From: Bacteroidales bacterium UBA2714
GTDB taxonomy: Bacteria; Bacteroidota; Bacteroidia; Bacteroidales; P3
Assembly (NCBI GenBank): GCA_002354035.1
Contig: DEKU01000020.1
Location: 51,205-115,204 of the forward strand
Reading direction: 5' to 3'
Length of the DNA: 64,000 nt
In this document: piece by piece, positions 18,970 to 28,223 of the stretch
Layout of the letters: each line of letters opens with the position of its first letter
Numbering within the stretch: position 1 is the stretch's first letter
Notes under the pieces: generated by a model
The model's input: only the letters and a program-made list of their open reading frames with translations
Databases searched by the model: none
What the model was told of the DNA's origin: nothing
Translations under genes and position numbers: made by a program

Positions 18970-20376
18970 TTAGATTGCAGAATTGTCGGGTTGACTGATT
19001 GTCACATTATTTGGATTATATTTGGCGCTGAGGCTGCGGTTGATAGATATGGCAAAGGGAATGGTGAGGATGAAGGTGAGGAGGTCGGCCGCCGCCTGTG
19101 CCATTTCGACCCCCGCCAAGCCGAGCCATTGCGGCAGCAAAAGGATGGCGGGAATAAAAAAGAGTCCCTGGCGCCCGATGGAGAGGAGGGTGGCGGGAAG
19201 CGTGTGGCGGATGTTCTGGAGCAGCATGCCTGTGGTTGTGGCAAGGGTGCAGAGGGGAAAGACTATGCACTGCCATCGGAGTGCGCTGGCTCCGATGCGT
19301 ATCAGTTCGGGGTCTTCGCTCCGGAAGAGGGATATGATTTGGGGCGCAAAGATATAGCCCAATGTGGATAGAACGGTGAGCATGACGAAGGAAAGGCTGA
19401 ACGTGAAGAGGTAGGCCTGGCGGACACGCTGGTAGAGCCGGGCTCCGTAATTGTAGCCGCACACGGGTTGGAAACCTTGTGCGAAACCCAGTATCAGCGA
19501 GAAAGCAAACATCGTGGTGCGCGACACTACTGCGAATGCGGCCACGCTGGAAGCCTCATGGCCCAAGGGCGCATAGTGGGCAGCGGCGTGGTTGAGCATG
19601 ATGGCGGACAGGCAATTGAAAGCCTGCCGGAAAAGTGAAGGCAGCCCTCCGGCCACTATCTCGCGGTAGACGGAGACCGAGGGTCGGAAGTTGGAAAACC
19701 GAATGTGGACAGCCTCGCTCCGCATGGTTCCCCGCAGCAGGATGGCCCAGGCAAAAAGCTGGCTCACGGCTGTGGCCACAGAGGCTCCCGTGACGCCCAT
19801 CCCAAGGCCAAAGATGAGAACCGGGTCGAGAATTATGTTGAGAATCGCACCGCTCACTATGCCCACCATCCCGAACCGCGCATTCCCCTGCAGGCGGAGC
19901 TGATTGTTCAACGTCAGGGCCGACATCATGAATGGCGAGGCCAGAAGAATAAAACGCAGATAGTTGCATGCGTGGGGAACTACGTTGGGCGGAGCCCCTA
20001 AAAGCACCACAATCCTTGGCAGCAGAGGCAGGCCCACAAGAGCAGCCACAGCGCCCACCATGAGCGGTGAGAAAAAACCCACGGCCGCCATCTGGCCCGC
20101 ACGCTCGTAGTGCCTGGCACCCAACGCGCGCGAAATGAAATTCCCTGACCCATGCCCAAAGAAAAAACCCACGGCTTGGATGAAAGTCATGTAGGCAAAG
20201 GCTATCCCGATGCCGGCCGTGGCCTCGGTGGACAGCCTGCCCACGAAGGCCGCATCCACAACGTTATACAGCGCCGTCACCACCATGCTGATCATCGAAG
20301 GCACAGCCAGCCGCAACACCAGTCGGGGAACCGGCGTTTGCGTCATCTCGATGTACTTCTTGTCAAGTCCAGCCAT
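18970..20376 (-). CDS. MATE family efflux transporter
   Basis: 468 aa, 12-TM-like. The N-terminus PVPRLVLRLAVPSMISMVVTALYNVVDAAFVGRL is typical of MATE/NorM proteins. Confidence 0.85.
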   Translation of the reverse strand: MAGLDKKYIEMTQTPVPRLVLRLAVPSMISMVVTALYNVVDAAFVGRLSTEATAGIGIAFAYMTFIQAVGFFFGHGSGNFISRALGARHYERAGQMAAVGFFSPLMVGAVAALVGLPLLPRIVVLLGAPPNVVPHACNYLRFILLASPFMMSALTLNNQLRLQGNARFGMVGIVSGAILNIILDPVLIFGLGMGVTGASVATAVSQLFAWAILLRGTMRSEAVHIRFSNFRPSVSVYREIVAGGLPSLFRQAFNCLSAIMLNHAAAHYAPLGHEASSVAAFAVVSRTTMFAFSLILGFAQGFQPVCGYNYGARLYQRVRQAYLFTFSLSFVMLTVLSTLGYIFAPQIISLFRSEDPELIRIGASALRWQCIVFPLCTLATTTGMLLQNIRHTLPATLLSIGRQGLFFIPAILLLPQWLGLAGVEMAQAAADLLTFILTIPFAISINRSLSAKYNPNNVTISQPDNSAI

Positions 20377-20414
20377 GAGTCAGCTCCGTTGCGTAAAAGA
20401 TGATTGGATAAGAT

Positions 20415-20442
20415 GATAGCGTGCCGCCATCGGCACGCTATC
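20415..20442. terminator. 12-bp hairpin between the C69 peptidase and MATE genes
   Basis: GATAGCGTGCCG-ccat-CGGCACGCTATC. Confidence 0.4.
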
Positions 20443-20507
20443 AAGTTGTTTTCTTTGTTGATGGAGCCTGAAGCTTTCAATACCAAGCTGAATGAGTCTT
20501 CAGTCGA

Positions 20508-22112
20508 TTAGAAGCCCATGCCGAACATGTGCCAATACTTTGCCTCCAGCTGGCTCCAAGCAAAAGAGGTGGTCTCATACTGGTCGCGGGTGAAATTGTT
20601 GAGCGTGGCGCGGCGGTCGTCGATACGGTTCAAGCGATCCAGACGCGAAGCTTCGCGCTCCACAACTTCCAGTCGGCCAAAGGCATTGTCTTCAAGCCGT
20701 TTCAGCTCGCTGCGCATCGAGGCTTTGGTGCGCTGCCAGGCCACTGTGGCCAGCTTGTTGGCACGGCGGTATTTCCAAAGGATGGCGTTGGGGTTATACT
20801 CTTTCTGGCCGCAGATGCTGAAAGGCTCGGGCAGCTCGCTGCCGCCGCAGAAGATGGGAATACGGGGCGACTGGCCCGGATTGTCGACCGACATCCAGCA
20901 GAGGCCGCCCACACAGTCGGGCAGCCAGTCGCGCAGCTGCGCCACAAACGAATAGGAGCACCACGCCACGCTCACCGTGCGGCGGAACTCCACCGTGCCG
21001 GGAGCAATCGTGTTCAGCGTGCGCTGCATCGACGAGCTGAGCCAGGGGTTGGCTATAGGGCTTATAATCGTGTCAGTAAACTGTTTGCCCTGCTTGTCCT
21101 TCTGCACCACCGGCATGCGCAAGTTCTTGCACATGTCCATGTCGGTCCCCTCGTAGGTGCTGCGCAGGAGTTCCATCACAGTCCGCACATCGACCTCCTT
21201 GTCCGGACGCACCGAGAAAGGAAGCTCTGTCGTGTCCATCGTCAGCCCCATAGAGGGTGCCAGCGCGTTGAGGATAAAATATTCGCGTTCGCGGAAATTC
21301 TTGCCGTTGGCATAGCTGCTGTTGAATGCCTTCCAGAACACAAAGTCGCCTTTGCCGTCCCACAGCCCGTACCGGCGGGCCACACTCTCGCAGTTGTCCG
21401 AGCACATGAAATACTCCGTGTTGCCCCGTTGCAGACGGCCGATGCGGGGAATATTGCAGCTGACGCCCACATGGTCGTCGGGAATGCGCTGTGCGGCCCA
21501 CACGCCGCCTATGCTCTCTTTTCCCTCGCCTATGATCTCCATCTGCCATACCTCCTTCGGGTCGGCAATCGTCAGGCACTCGCCGCCGTCGCCATAGCCA
21601 TACACCTTCACCAAATCTGCAATCAGGCGGATGGCGTCGCGCGCCGTAGTGCAGCGCTGCAGGGCCACACGCTCCAGCTCCTCAATCAGGAACATGCCCG
21701 CAGGGTTGCGCAGTGTGTCCGGGCCACCGAAAGTGCTCTCCCCAATGGCCAGCTGATGCTCGTTCAGGCAGGGATAAGCCGTGTTGAGATATGCATAAGT
21801 ATGAGAGGCCTCGGGGATGGCACCCACCAGACGCACACCCGTCGTGTCGCCGCGGAACGTGGTGTGCAGCGTCCCTTTGTACACCGCATGCACCGACCCC
21901 GGCTCGTGGTCAGCCGCTGGCTCCATGTGCATCCAAGTGCGGTAACGCCCGTCGCAAGTGTGCGACGTAACCACACTTCCGTCGCGCGAGGCCCGCTTGC
22001 CCACCATGATGCTGGTGCAGCTCTGTCCGTCAAACTCCGGTTGGCTCAGCTCCTGACTCCATACGGAAAGGAACATCGCCGTCAAGACAATCGAAAATAA
22101 AAACTTCTTCAT
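20508..22112 (-). CDS. C69 family dipeptidase
   Basis: 534 aa. Signal peptide, then the Ntn-type nucleophile context GQSCTSIMVGKRASRDGSVVTSHTCDG. Confidence 0.8.
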   Translation of the reverse strand: MKKFLFSIVLTAMFLSVWSQELSQPEFDGQSCTSIMVGKRASRDGSVVTSHTCDGRYRTWMHMEPAADHEPGSVHAVYKGTLHTTFRGDTTGVRLVGAIPEASHTYAYLNTAYPCLNEHQLAIGESTFGGPDTLRNPAGMFLIEELERVALQRCTTARDAIRLIADLVKVYGYGDGGECLTIADPKEVWQMEIIGEGKESIGGVWAAQRIPDDHVGVSCNIPRIGRLQRGNTEYFMCSDNCESVARRYGLWDGKGDFVFWKAFNSSYANGKNFREREYFILNALAPSMGLTMDTTELPFSVRPDKEVDVRTVMELLRSTYEGTDMDMCKNLRMPVVQKDKQGKQFTDTIISPIANPWLSSSMQRTLNTIAPGTVEFRRTVSVAWCSYSFVAQLRDWLPDCVGGLCWMSVDNPGQSPRIPIFCGGSELPEPFSICGQKEYNPNAILWKYRRANKLATVAWQRTKASMRSELKRLEDNAFGRLEVVEREASRLDRLNRIDDRRATLNNFTRDQYETTSFAWSQLEAKYWHMFGMGF

Positions 22113-22135
22113 AGTGTATTCGTATTATTAATGTT

Positions 22136-23242
22136 TTATTGATCAACCATGGTTGTGATTTCGCAGAAATCGCAGATCACCGTAGTGACAAACTGCGTGG
22201 CGGGGCCGATGAGCTGGTCTGGGAAATCATACTCGGGGTGGTGCAGCTCCGGCTGATCCTCGCCGCTGCCGATGCCGAACATTGCTCCGGGGAACATCGC
22301 CAGATACCGCCCGAAATCTTCCGACCAGCGGAAGGGTCCTTCCTTATATTCCACCGGGATGCCCGCCTTGGTCGCCACCTTCTGCAGCCGCTCCACGAGA
22401 CGGGCGTGGTTCACCGTGGCGCTGAACGGGTCGCGGATGGTCGACTCCACCGTCAGGTGATGCTGTGCTGCTGTGAGCGCTACAATATTATTGGCCTGGG
22501 CAATCAGTTGGTGGATGGTGTTGTTAGAGAATGCCCTCAGGGTGTACATGATTTCAGCCTCGCCGGCAGAGGTACCGAACGTCTCGTCGCCCAAGCGGAC
22601 ACAGATAAGTGTGCTCTGCCTGAAATTGTCGCCCGTCTGGTCGGGCAAGGAGTTTAGTTTGTCAAACTCCCTAATGATTTCAGCCACCGCCAGACCGGGA
22701 TTTATGCCCTTTTCGGGGGTGGAGGCGTGAGTGGCGCGACCTTTAAGATTGTATATGATGCCCGACGACGCGGCGGCGAAGGTGCCGCGGTTCAGGACCA
22801 CCGTGCCCAACGGGAACCCGGGGAGATTGTGGAATCCGAAGACTGCCACAACCTTGTACTGCTGGAGGATATTTGCCTTGATGATTTTTTCGGCTCCCGT
22901 TCCCGTCTCTTCCTCAGGTTGGAAAACGAGGATGACATTGTGGTCGCTGTCGTGGAAATTGTCGCCAAGCCAATGGGCAACTTGCAGAAGAATTGTAGCA
23001 TGGCCGTCATGACCGCACCGGTGGCCAATGGGGAGGGCGTCGATGTCGCATCGCATCGCAATGGTGAGATTTGTCGGAACGGTACCCCAAATGGCAATGA
23101 TGCCATAGCCGCCCACATGGGTGTGGAGCTGGTCGGGATGGCAGGAGGAGAGTTCGTTGGCAATGAGGTCATGGGCATATTGCTCTTGGCCCGAGATGCC
23201 AGGATGCTGGTGCAAGGCGTGTCTTATGTCGGAGGGAGTCAT
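22136..23242 (-). CDS. M20 family amidohydrolase (M20D-like)
   Basis: 368 aa. HQHPGISGQE near the N-terminus, RCDIDALPI, and GHDGH metal-ligand segments typical of M20D aminoacylases/hippurate hydrolase-like enzymes. Confidence 0.75.
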   Translation of the reverse strand: MTPSDIRHALHQHPGISGQEQYAHDLIANELSSCHPDQLHTHVGGYGIIAIWGTVPTNLTIAMRCDIDALPIGHRCGHDGHATILLQVAHWLGDNFHDSDHNVILVFQPEEETGTGAEKIIKANILQQYKVVAVFGFHNLPGFPLGTVVLNRGTFAAASSGIIYNLKGRATHASTPEKGINPGLAVAEIIREFDKLNSLPDQTGDNFRQSTLICVRLGDETFGTSAGEAEIMYTLRAFSNNTIHQLIAQANNIVALTAAQHHLTVESTIRDPFSATVNHARLVERLQKVATKAGIPVEYKEGPFRWSEDFGRYLAMFPGAMFGIGSGEDQPELHHPEYDFPDQLIGPATQFVTTVICDFCEITTMVDQ

Positions 23243-23255
23243 TGTAAGAATACTT

Positions 23256-24566
23256 TTATTGTGAGTCTTTGATTAATTGTTTATATGTATTTCCTCTGTG
23301 TTCGAAATTGGAGAAAGAATCATAACTGGCAGCAGCGGGAGACAGAAGACAAATACCTCCTTTGCAGGTATGGTCGTAGCACCAGGGAATGATGATGGTA
23401 TAATCGTTTTCGGCAAGGAGGGTCTTTCCGTCTATGAGCTTGTCGGAGTTCCATTCGTTGAGCATCCGTTGTCCGGCTGCCCCGACAAAAACAAGGTTAT
23501 TGACAGGGGAGCAGGGGGCTGGAGGATGGGCAAGGAAATGACCCAGCGCGGTGTAGTCGATCCCTCGGTCGAAGCCACCTAATATGAGGGTGTCGACATG
23601 TTTGAGGGCCGACACGGCTGCCATTGTGGCTTCGGGGATGGTGCTGATTGAGTCGTTGTAGAAGGTTATTCCTTTGTATGTGCCTACGAGCTCCAGGCGG
23701 TGGGGAAGCCCTTTGAAGGATGACAATGCTTGTGCAAACTGTTCGAGTGTTACTCCGAAGAGTTCGGCCACTTTGTAGGCCACATATATGTTGGATAAGT
23801 TGTGGTCGCCAGGCAGCGAGGTATGCAATGAGGGGATGACGCTGTGTTGGGCGTCGAGAAGGGAGTAGGGGTGGAGGGTTGAAGGGATGTGAGACCGGAG
23901 GGTTTCGGTTATGTGCGTGAGGTCGCCACTGTCTGTGCAATAGAAAAAGTGGTCTCCGGACTGTTGGTTGAGTGCTATTTGCATTTTAGCCATCTGGTAG
24001 TCGTGGTAGCTGTGGTAGTGGTCCAGGTGTTCCTGATAGAGGTTTAGAAGGATGCCAATATGTGGAGCCTGGTGTATGTTTTCCAATTGATGGCAGGAGA
24101 ATTCGGCAACTACTATGGCTTGTTCGTCTATCTGAGGCAGTATGTCGAAAAGGGGGATGCCTATATTCCCGGCCAGGATGATTCGGCGAGAGGGACTCAA
24201 TGTCTGGTCAAGAACGTGCTGAATAAGAGATGTTGTGGTGCTTTTGCCTTTGGTGCCTGTCACGGCGATGGTTTGAGCCCCGTAGACTTGGAGGAAGATG
24301 TCGGTTTGGGAGCTGATGATGGCAGGATTGCATCTGCCTTCGAGCTTCATGGAGGGTATTCCTGGCGATTTGATGATGAGGTCGAAGGGGGAGGGCGTTT
24401 GGCTCAGTGTGGCATAGATTTCCTCGTCGTTGTGGGCTATCGTTACTTTACTTTCGGGTACAAGCTTTTGAAGCAAGGCGTGTGTGCTCTTGCCTTCGCG
24501 CCCATAGCCTGCTATCAGGATATGGCGGTTGTTCAGTAGATCAATTAGCTGCTGCTGCTTGTACAT
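23256..24566 (-). CDS. Mur ligase, MurD-like (candidate MurD2, UDP-MurNAc-L-Ala--L-Glu ligase)
   Basis: 436 aa. MurD-type N-terminal Rossmann-like domain (ILIAGYGREGKS), the ATP-binding loop AVTGTKGKSTTTSL, and a C-terminal Mur ligase domain. It overlaps the upstream PP-loop-like gene by 26 nt and lies outside any dcw-type context within this window. Confidence 0.7.
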   Translation of the reverse strand: MYKQQQLIDLLNNRHILIAGYGREGKSTHALLQKLVPESKVTIAHNDEEIYATLSQTPSPFDLIIKSPGIPSMKLEGRCNPAIISSQTDIFLQVYGAQTIAVTGTKGKSTTTSLIQHVLDQTLSPSRRIILAGNIGIPLFDILPQIDEQAIVVAEFSCHQLENIHQAPHIGILLNLYQEHLDHYHSYHDYQMAKMQIALNQQSGDHFFYCTDSGDLTHITETLRSHIPSTLHPYSLLDAQHSVIPSLHTSLPGDHNLSNIYVAYKVAELFGVTLEQFAQALSSFKGLPHRLELVGTYKGITFYNDSISTIPEATMAAVSALKHVDTLILGGFDRGIDYTALGHFLAHPPAPCSPVNNLVFVGAAGQRMLNEWNSDKLIDGKTLLAENDYTIIIPWCYDHTCKGGICLLSPAAASYDSFSNFEHRGNTYKQLIKDSQ

Positions 24567-25911
24567 GGCTGTTGAGTGTGTTGAAGAGTGAGGTGGTCAG
24601 GTTGTGGTCAGGGCTTACCTGTCGTAGTGAAACGGATTTGCCATTTGCCACGAAATGGCTCAGCAATAGTGGACGTGAGTCTTTATACCAACGGGCGATG
24701 GCCATCTGGATGGCGGTGTTCACTTCGTCGACGGTTCCTACGCATTCGAATGGCTTGGTTTCGCCGTGTCCCGTAAGCTCAATATAAAAGGGCATGAGGT
24801 CGGGGTCGTCGAGTAGGTTGCTCCCGAAGATGCTTTCCAGTCGTTCAGGGGATATAAATGGGGAGAGGATGATGTATGCGAACAGGCATTTGGCACATTT
24901 GCCGCACCAGATGTCCTGCTTGCTGCCCGCATTGCAGCTGCGGAAGACGTCGAAGTATTGGGGGTGGCGGCTAAAGAGCATGGCTATCTGCAACTCGGAT
25001 AAAGGGCGCAGGAAGCTGAAGTAGTTGAAGGTGTCGCCATAGATTTGGGCGGTATGACGGCGGAAGTCGTCTTCAAATTCTTTGCTTTTAGAGTACTGGT
25101 GGTTCACGTTGGTGTCGGCCACGGTTGCCTCGTTGGCACTGGCTTCGTTGGACAGGGCTATGTTCGGAATGCCGCTCAGCTGGGCGGCCAGCAAGGAGTA
25201 GAAAGCCAGCATGGCACTGAAAGGAGTGTGGCCATTAAGGCATCCCTCTTGGTTGAGTTGTAGCAGATGGGGGTGGATGGTGCGGCGGATAACCAGTACG
25301 TCGTCCATGGTGTAGCCAGCGGCTTTGATGCAATTTTCCGTTGCCCCTCTGGGGTTCATGATGAGGGGGACGATAAGGTTGTTGTTTTGGGTGGCCGCCC
25401 TCAGCACTTCGAGGGTTACCACCGAGTCTTTCCCGCCGCCAATGGGTACGAGATAGCGTTGGCCGCTGGGCAGTGGCAGGCTGTCGCATTGGGGGGTCGG
25501 CATCTGTCCATGGCTTTCAATCTGCATGAAGTCGTCGGGTGTGGCTTTGATGCCGTTGATGTAGAAGAATTCCCCTAATCCGTTATAATATATCTTTTTC
25601 CAGAAGCTGATTTGGCTGGGCGAGAGCGAGCCACAGGCTACTACGACCCGTGGGGGACAGAATGATTTCCAGTAGCTGATTAGTTCAATCATCCCGATGT
25701 TGAAAATCAAGGTGTCCAGAGTTTTCTTGTCTGTATTGAAATTCAAGAATGGACGGGTCGGGATGACAGCCGAGGGGAGAAACCGGTGGTTGCCGATGCG
25801 AAAGGTAAAAACGATGTGCAGCCCGTCGGACTGCACATCGTATGTATAACTTTCATAGACAAACTCATCGTATGTCTTGCGGAAAGCGTCGTATTTTGTC
25901 TGGTTGGACAT
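24541..25911 (-). CDS. PP-loop-like ATP-utilising protein of unknown family (candidate MurL-type epimerase)
   Basis: 456 aa. VPIGGGKDSVVTLEVL resembles the SGGxDS PP-loop of N-type ATP pyrophosphatases. Cys pairs CGKCAKC. Translationally overlapped with the MurD-like gene. Confidence 0.5.
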   Translation of the reverse strand: MSNQTKYDAFRKTYDEFVYESYTYDVQSDGLHIVFTFRIGNHRFLPSAVIPTRPFLNFNTDKKTLDTLIFNIGMIELISYWKSFCPPRVVVACGSLSPSQISFWKKIYYNGLGEFFYINGIKATPDDFMQIESHGQMPTPQCDSLPLPSGQRYLVPIGGGKDSVVTLEVLRAATQNNNLIVPLIMNPRGATENCIKAAGYTMDDVLVIRRTIHPHLLQLNQEGCLNGHTPFSAMLAFYSLLAAQLSGIPNIALSNEASANEATVADTNVNHQYSKSKEFEDDFRRHTAQIYGDTFNYFSFLRPLSELQIAMLFSRHPQYFDVFRSCNAGSKQDIWCGKCAKCLFAYIILSPFISPERLESIFGSNLLDDPDLMPFYIELTGHGETKPFECVGTVDEVNTAIQMAIARWYKDSRPLLLSHFVANGKSVSLRQVSPDHNLTTSLFNTLNSHVQAAAAN

Positions 25912-25941
25912 TGGGTTTGCAGCGGCAAGCCATTGGCCGTA

Positions 25942-27321
25942 TTATTTCAGTTTGAACTCTGTAACTCCGATAAGGTTGCCGTTGGCATAGAGGCTCAATC
26001 TGTAAACGCCCGACTCAAGTTCGGTTTGATCGTCGCAGCTCCAGCTCATGTCGAAAGGACGGGTCTGGCCGGTGAATTCGTATGCTTGAACCATCGTGTA
26101 GGTGGTGCGGACGCCGTTGGCATCGAATTTCTGCTCGACGGTACCGTTGTGGAGCACCACATTTGACGGGGAGGTGATGACAGCATAGAGGGTGATGGTG
26201 CCAGGCTCGACAACGGAGTTGCCCATCAAGTATCCTTCGATGCGGAAGGCGTGGGTTGCGGAGGCGCGAGAAGTGGGTTTGCCGGTGCCGTTGCTGAGGC
26301 GCTTGAGCGGGGTGACGTTCAGTTCGGAGGTGGAAAGAACTGAGGCACGGCTCATCTTAGCGGCCATTTTGGCGTTCTCCACGGCCACGTTCTCCACGTT
26401 CTTCTTCATGGTTACAACTTGGCTGCGGAGGCTGTCGTTCTCATTCTTAAGGATAATGTTCTCGGCACGCAGACGTTCCAGTTCTTCGTAATATTCGTCG
26501 CATTGAGCTTGCAGCTGGGCCAGTTTCTTGTTTATCGATCCTTTGGTCTTGGCGGTAGAGGCTTTGGTTTGGTCAGCGGCGTTGCTGGCGTTCTTGGCAG
26601 CCTCGCTGGCCAGGGCCACCTGTTTGGCCAGTTCTTCTCTCAGACGGTTGATTTCGTTCTGCTGGTTGGCCACCTGGTCTTGGAGCTGAGCCACCTGAGC
26701 GGCATATTCAGCATTGGTAACCTTCTGGCTTTCGGCACGCTGCCCCATCAGGTAAGCCACGTGTGCCACCAACGAGTCGTTGATGCAGGTAAGGGCTACC
26801 TTGTCGTTGGTGAGGGCAATAATACGGTTCTCTTGGTCTTTCACCAGCATCTGCAAGCGGGCCAAGGCTTCGCGGTCGGCATAGTTGTCGGCGGCCTTCA
26901 AAGCATTGAGTTCGGCAGTCTGTTGGTTCAAACGTTCTTGCAGACGGTTGATTTCGGCTTTGCGGGAAGCCAGTTCGGCATTCAGTTTTTTCAGTTTTGC
27001 ACTGCTCACTTTCGAACCCTGGCGCGTACCCTTGCCAGCCACGGTCCCTTTCGAGCCAGAAGCGTTAAGTTGGTCTATCAGACGTTGGATTTCGGCAGCC
27101 TGAGCCTGAATGGAGCTGTCCTTCTCGGCCAGCTGACGGCTGTAGTCATCGCAGGTGCTCTGCATCTCCTGATACTCTTTCATGATGTCGTTCAAGCGGG
27201 TCTGCATTTCGTTGACCGTGGGTCCATTTTGACTGTTTTGGTTGCACGAAACAAGGCAGCCGACAGTCATAAATGTTAGTGCGACCACCTTGAAAATAGA
27301 TACCTTTCTCATTGTCTTCAT
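25942..27321 (-). CDS. coiled-coil lipoprotein with C-terminal beta-sandwich-like domain
   Basis: 459 aa. Lipobox VGCLVSC, then about 300 aa of heptad-like Q/A/E/L/K-rich sequence, then a beta-rich ~110 aa tail. Confidence 0.6.
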   Translation of the reverse strand: MKTMRKVSIFKVVALTFMTVGCLVSCNQNSQNGPTVNEMQTRLNDIMKEYQEMQSTCDDYSRQLAEKDSSIQAQAAEIQRLIDQLNASGSKGTVAGKGTRQGSKVSSAKLKKLNAELASRKAEINRLQERLNQQTAELNALKAADNYADREALARLQMLVKDQENRIIALTNDKVALTCINDSLVAHVAYLMGQRAESQKVTNAEYAAQVAQLQDQVANQQNEINRLREELAKQVALASEAAKNASNAADQTKASTAKTKGSINKKLAQLQAQCDEYYEELERLRAENIILKNENDSLRSQVVTMKKNVENVAVENAKMAAKMSRASVLSTSELNVTPLKRLSNGTGKPTSRASATHAFRIEGYLMGNSVVEPGTITLYAVITSPSNVVLHNGTVEQKFDANGVRTTYTMVQAYEFTGQTRPFDMSWSCDDQTELESGVYRLSLYANGNLIGVTEFKLK

Positions 27322-27401
27322 TGTATTTATGTATTTAGATTATTCTATGTGAAAAATATTTTGTACTTTTGTAATCGAATTGCAAAGATAAATCTTTTTT
27401 T

Positions 27402-28223
27402 TTGAATAGACGGTTTTTCGACAAATTTTTTATGATGCATCGGCGTATATTGCTTTCTCTCATCTGCTTTTTGCCCCTCGTTGTGTGGGGTCAGGACTCT
27501 GCCCGTCAGCCCCTCTTCTTGGTCCTCGAAGGGGGTGGGGGCTTGGGTGTATATCGCGACGCGGGAGCGTCGCCGCTCCGCCATAGGGGCCCTCAGTTGG
27601 GAGGGTCGCTCGGCGTGGAGGCTAAGGGCAATATCTGGCAATGGGCTGCTGGCATGCGGCTGCAAGGCGGCGGCTATGGCTACAAGCTCGACGTCACGCA
27701 GCTGTTTGCCTATGGCGGGCAGCTTTCGGCTTACGGCGAGCTGTTGCGCCGGGTGGGCGGAACTTCCCCCCTCAGCTTCTGGGCTGGAGTGGGAGTCGAT
27801 GAGCTTTTCGACTTGCGCTATAACTCCCAGCTGAGCAACGCGAGTGTGGGGATGTCCAATTTTGTGCGGCTCCGCCTGACGGCGCGGGTGGAAGGTCATC
27901 GGCACGGCTGGATGGCCTGGGCCCAAGCATGGGTGGACCCGGTGGCACTGATGCTCAGACCGGGGTTCCCGTATGTGAATAATTACGACCGCGATATTGC
28001 CAACCCGGTGGCCTGTGCGCTGGACCAATACGGATGGTATGTGGCGGGCCTGACGGGCGTGGCCTCGCAGGTGGGTATCCGCCGCCATCTCAAGAGGGGC
28101 AACGCGCTGGGCTTGGCCTACAGTTGGCAGTATGTCACGTCAAGGACAGCGGAGGACACGGCGCCGTGGCGTTTCCAGCAAGCCTCGCATGGTTTAACCT
28201 TTCAACTTTTATTCTGTCTATGA
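27402..28223 (+). CDS. secreted beta-rich protein, possible outer-membrane beta-barrel (unknown family)
   Basis: Signal peptide (M)HRRILLSLICFLPLVVWGQ, so the true start may be 27432 or 27435. Gly/aromatic-rich alternating pattern. The stop overlaps the next ATG (ATGA at 28220..28223). The competing minus-strand ORF 27345..28088 is Arg/His/Pro-rich. Confidence 0.55.
   Translation: MNRRFFDKFFMMHRRILLSLICFLPLVVWGQDSARQPLFLVLEGGGGLGVYRDAGASPLRHRGPQLGGSLGVEAKGNIWQWAAGMRLQGGGYGYKLDVTQLFAYGGQLSAYGELLRRVGGTSPLSFWAGVGVDELFDLRYNSQLSNASVGMSNFVRLRLTARVEGHRHGWMAWAQAWVDPVALMLRPGFPYVNNYDRDIANPVACALDQYGWYVAGLTGVASQVGIRRHLKRGNALGLAYSWQYVTSRTAEDTAPWRFQQASHGLTFQLLFCL

Noticed and set aside
20529-22100. 523-aa ORF on the plus strand covering almost the whole C69 dipeptidase gene.
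   Set aside because: It is antisense to a gene with clear family motifs. The translation is Ala/Arg/His/Gly/Val-rich and low-complexity, with no signal or motif. This is a typical long antisense ORF of GC-rich DNA.
27345-28088. 247-aa minus-strand ORF competing with the plus-strand gene 27402..28223.
   Set aside because: It is Arg/His/Pro-rich with no start context. The plus-strand frame has a signal peptide and a translationally coupled stop/start with the S41 gene.
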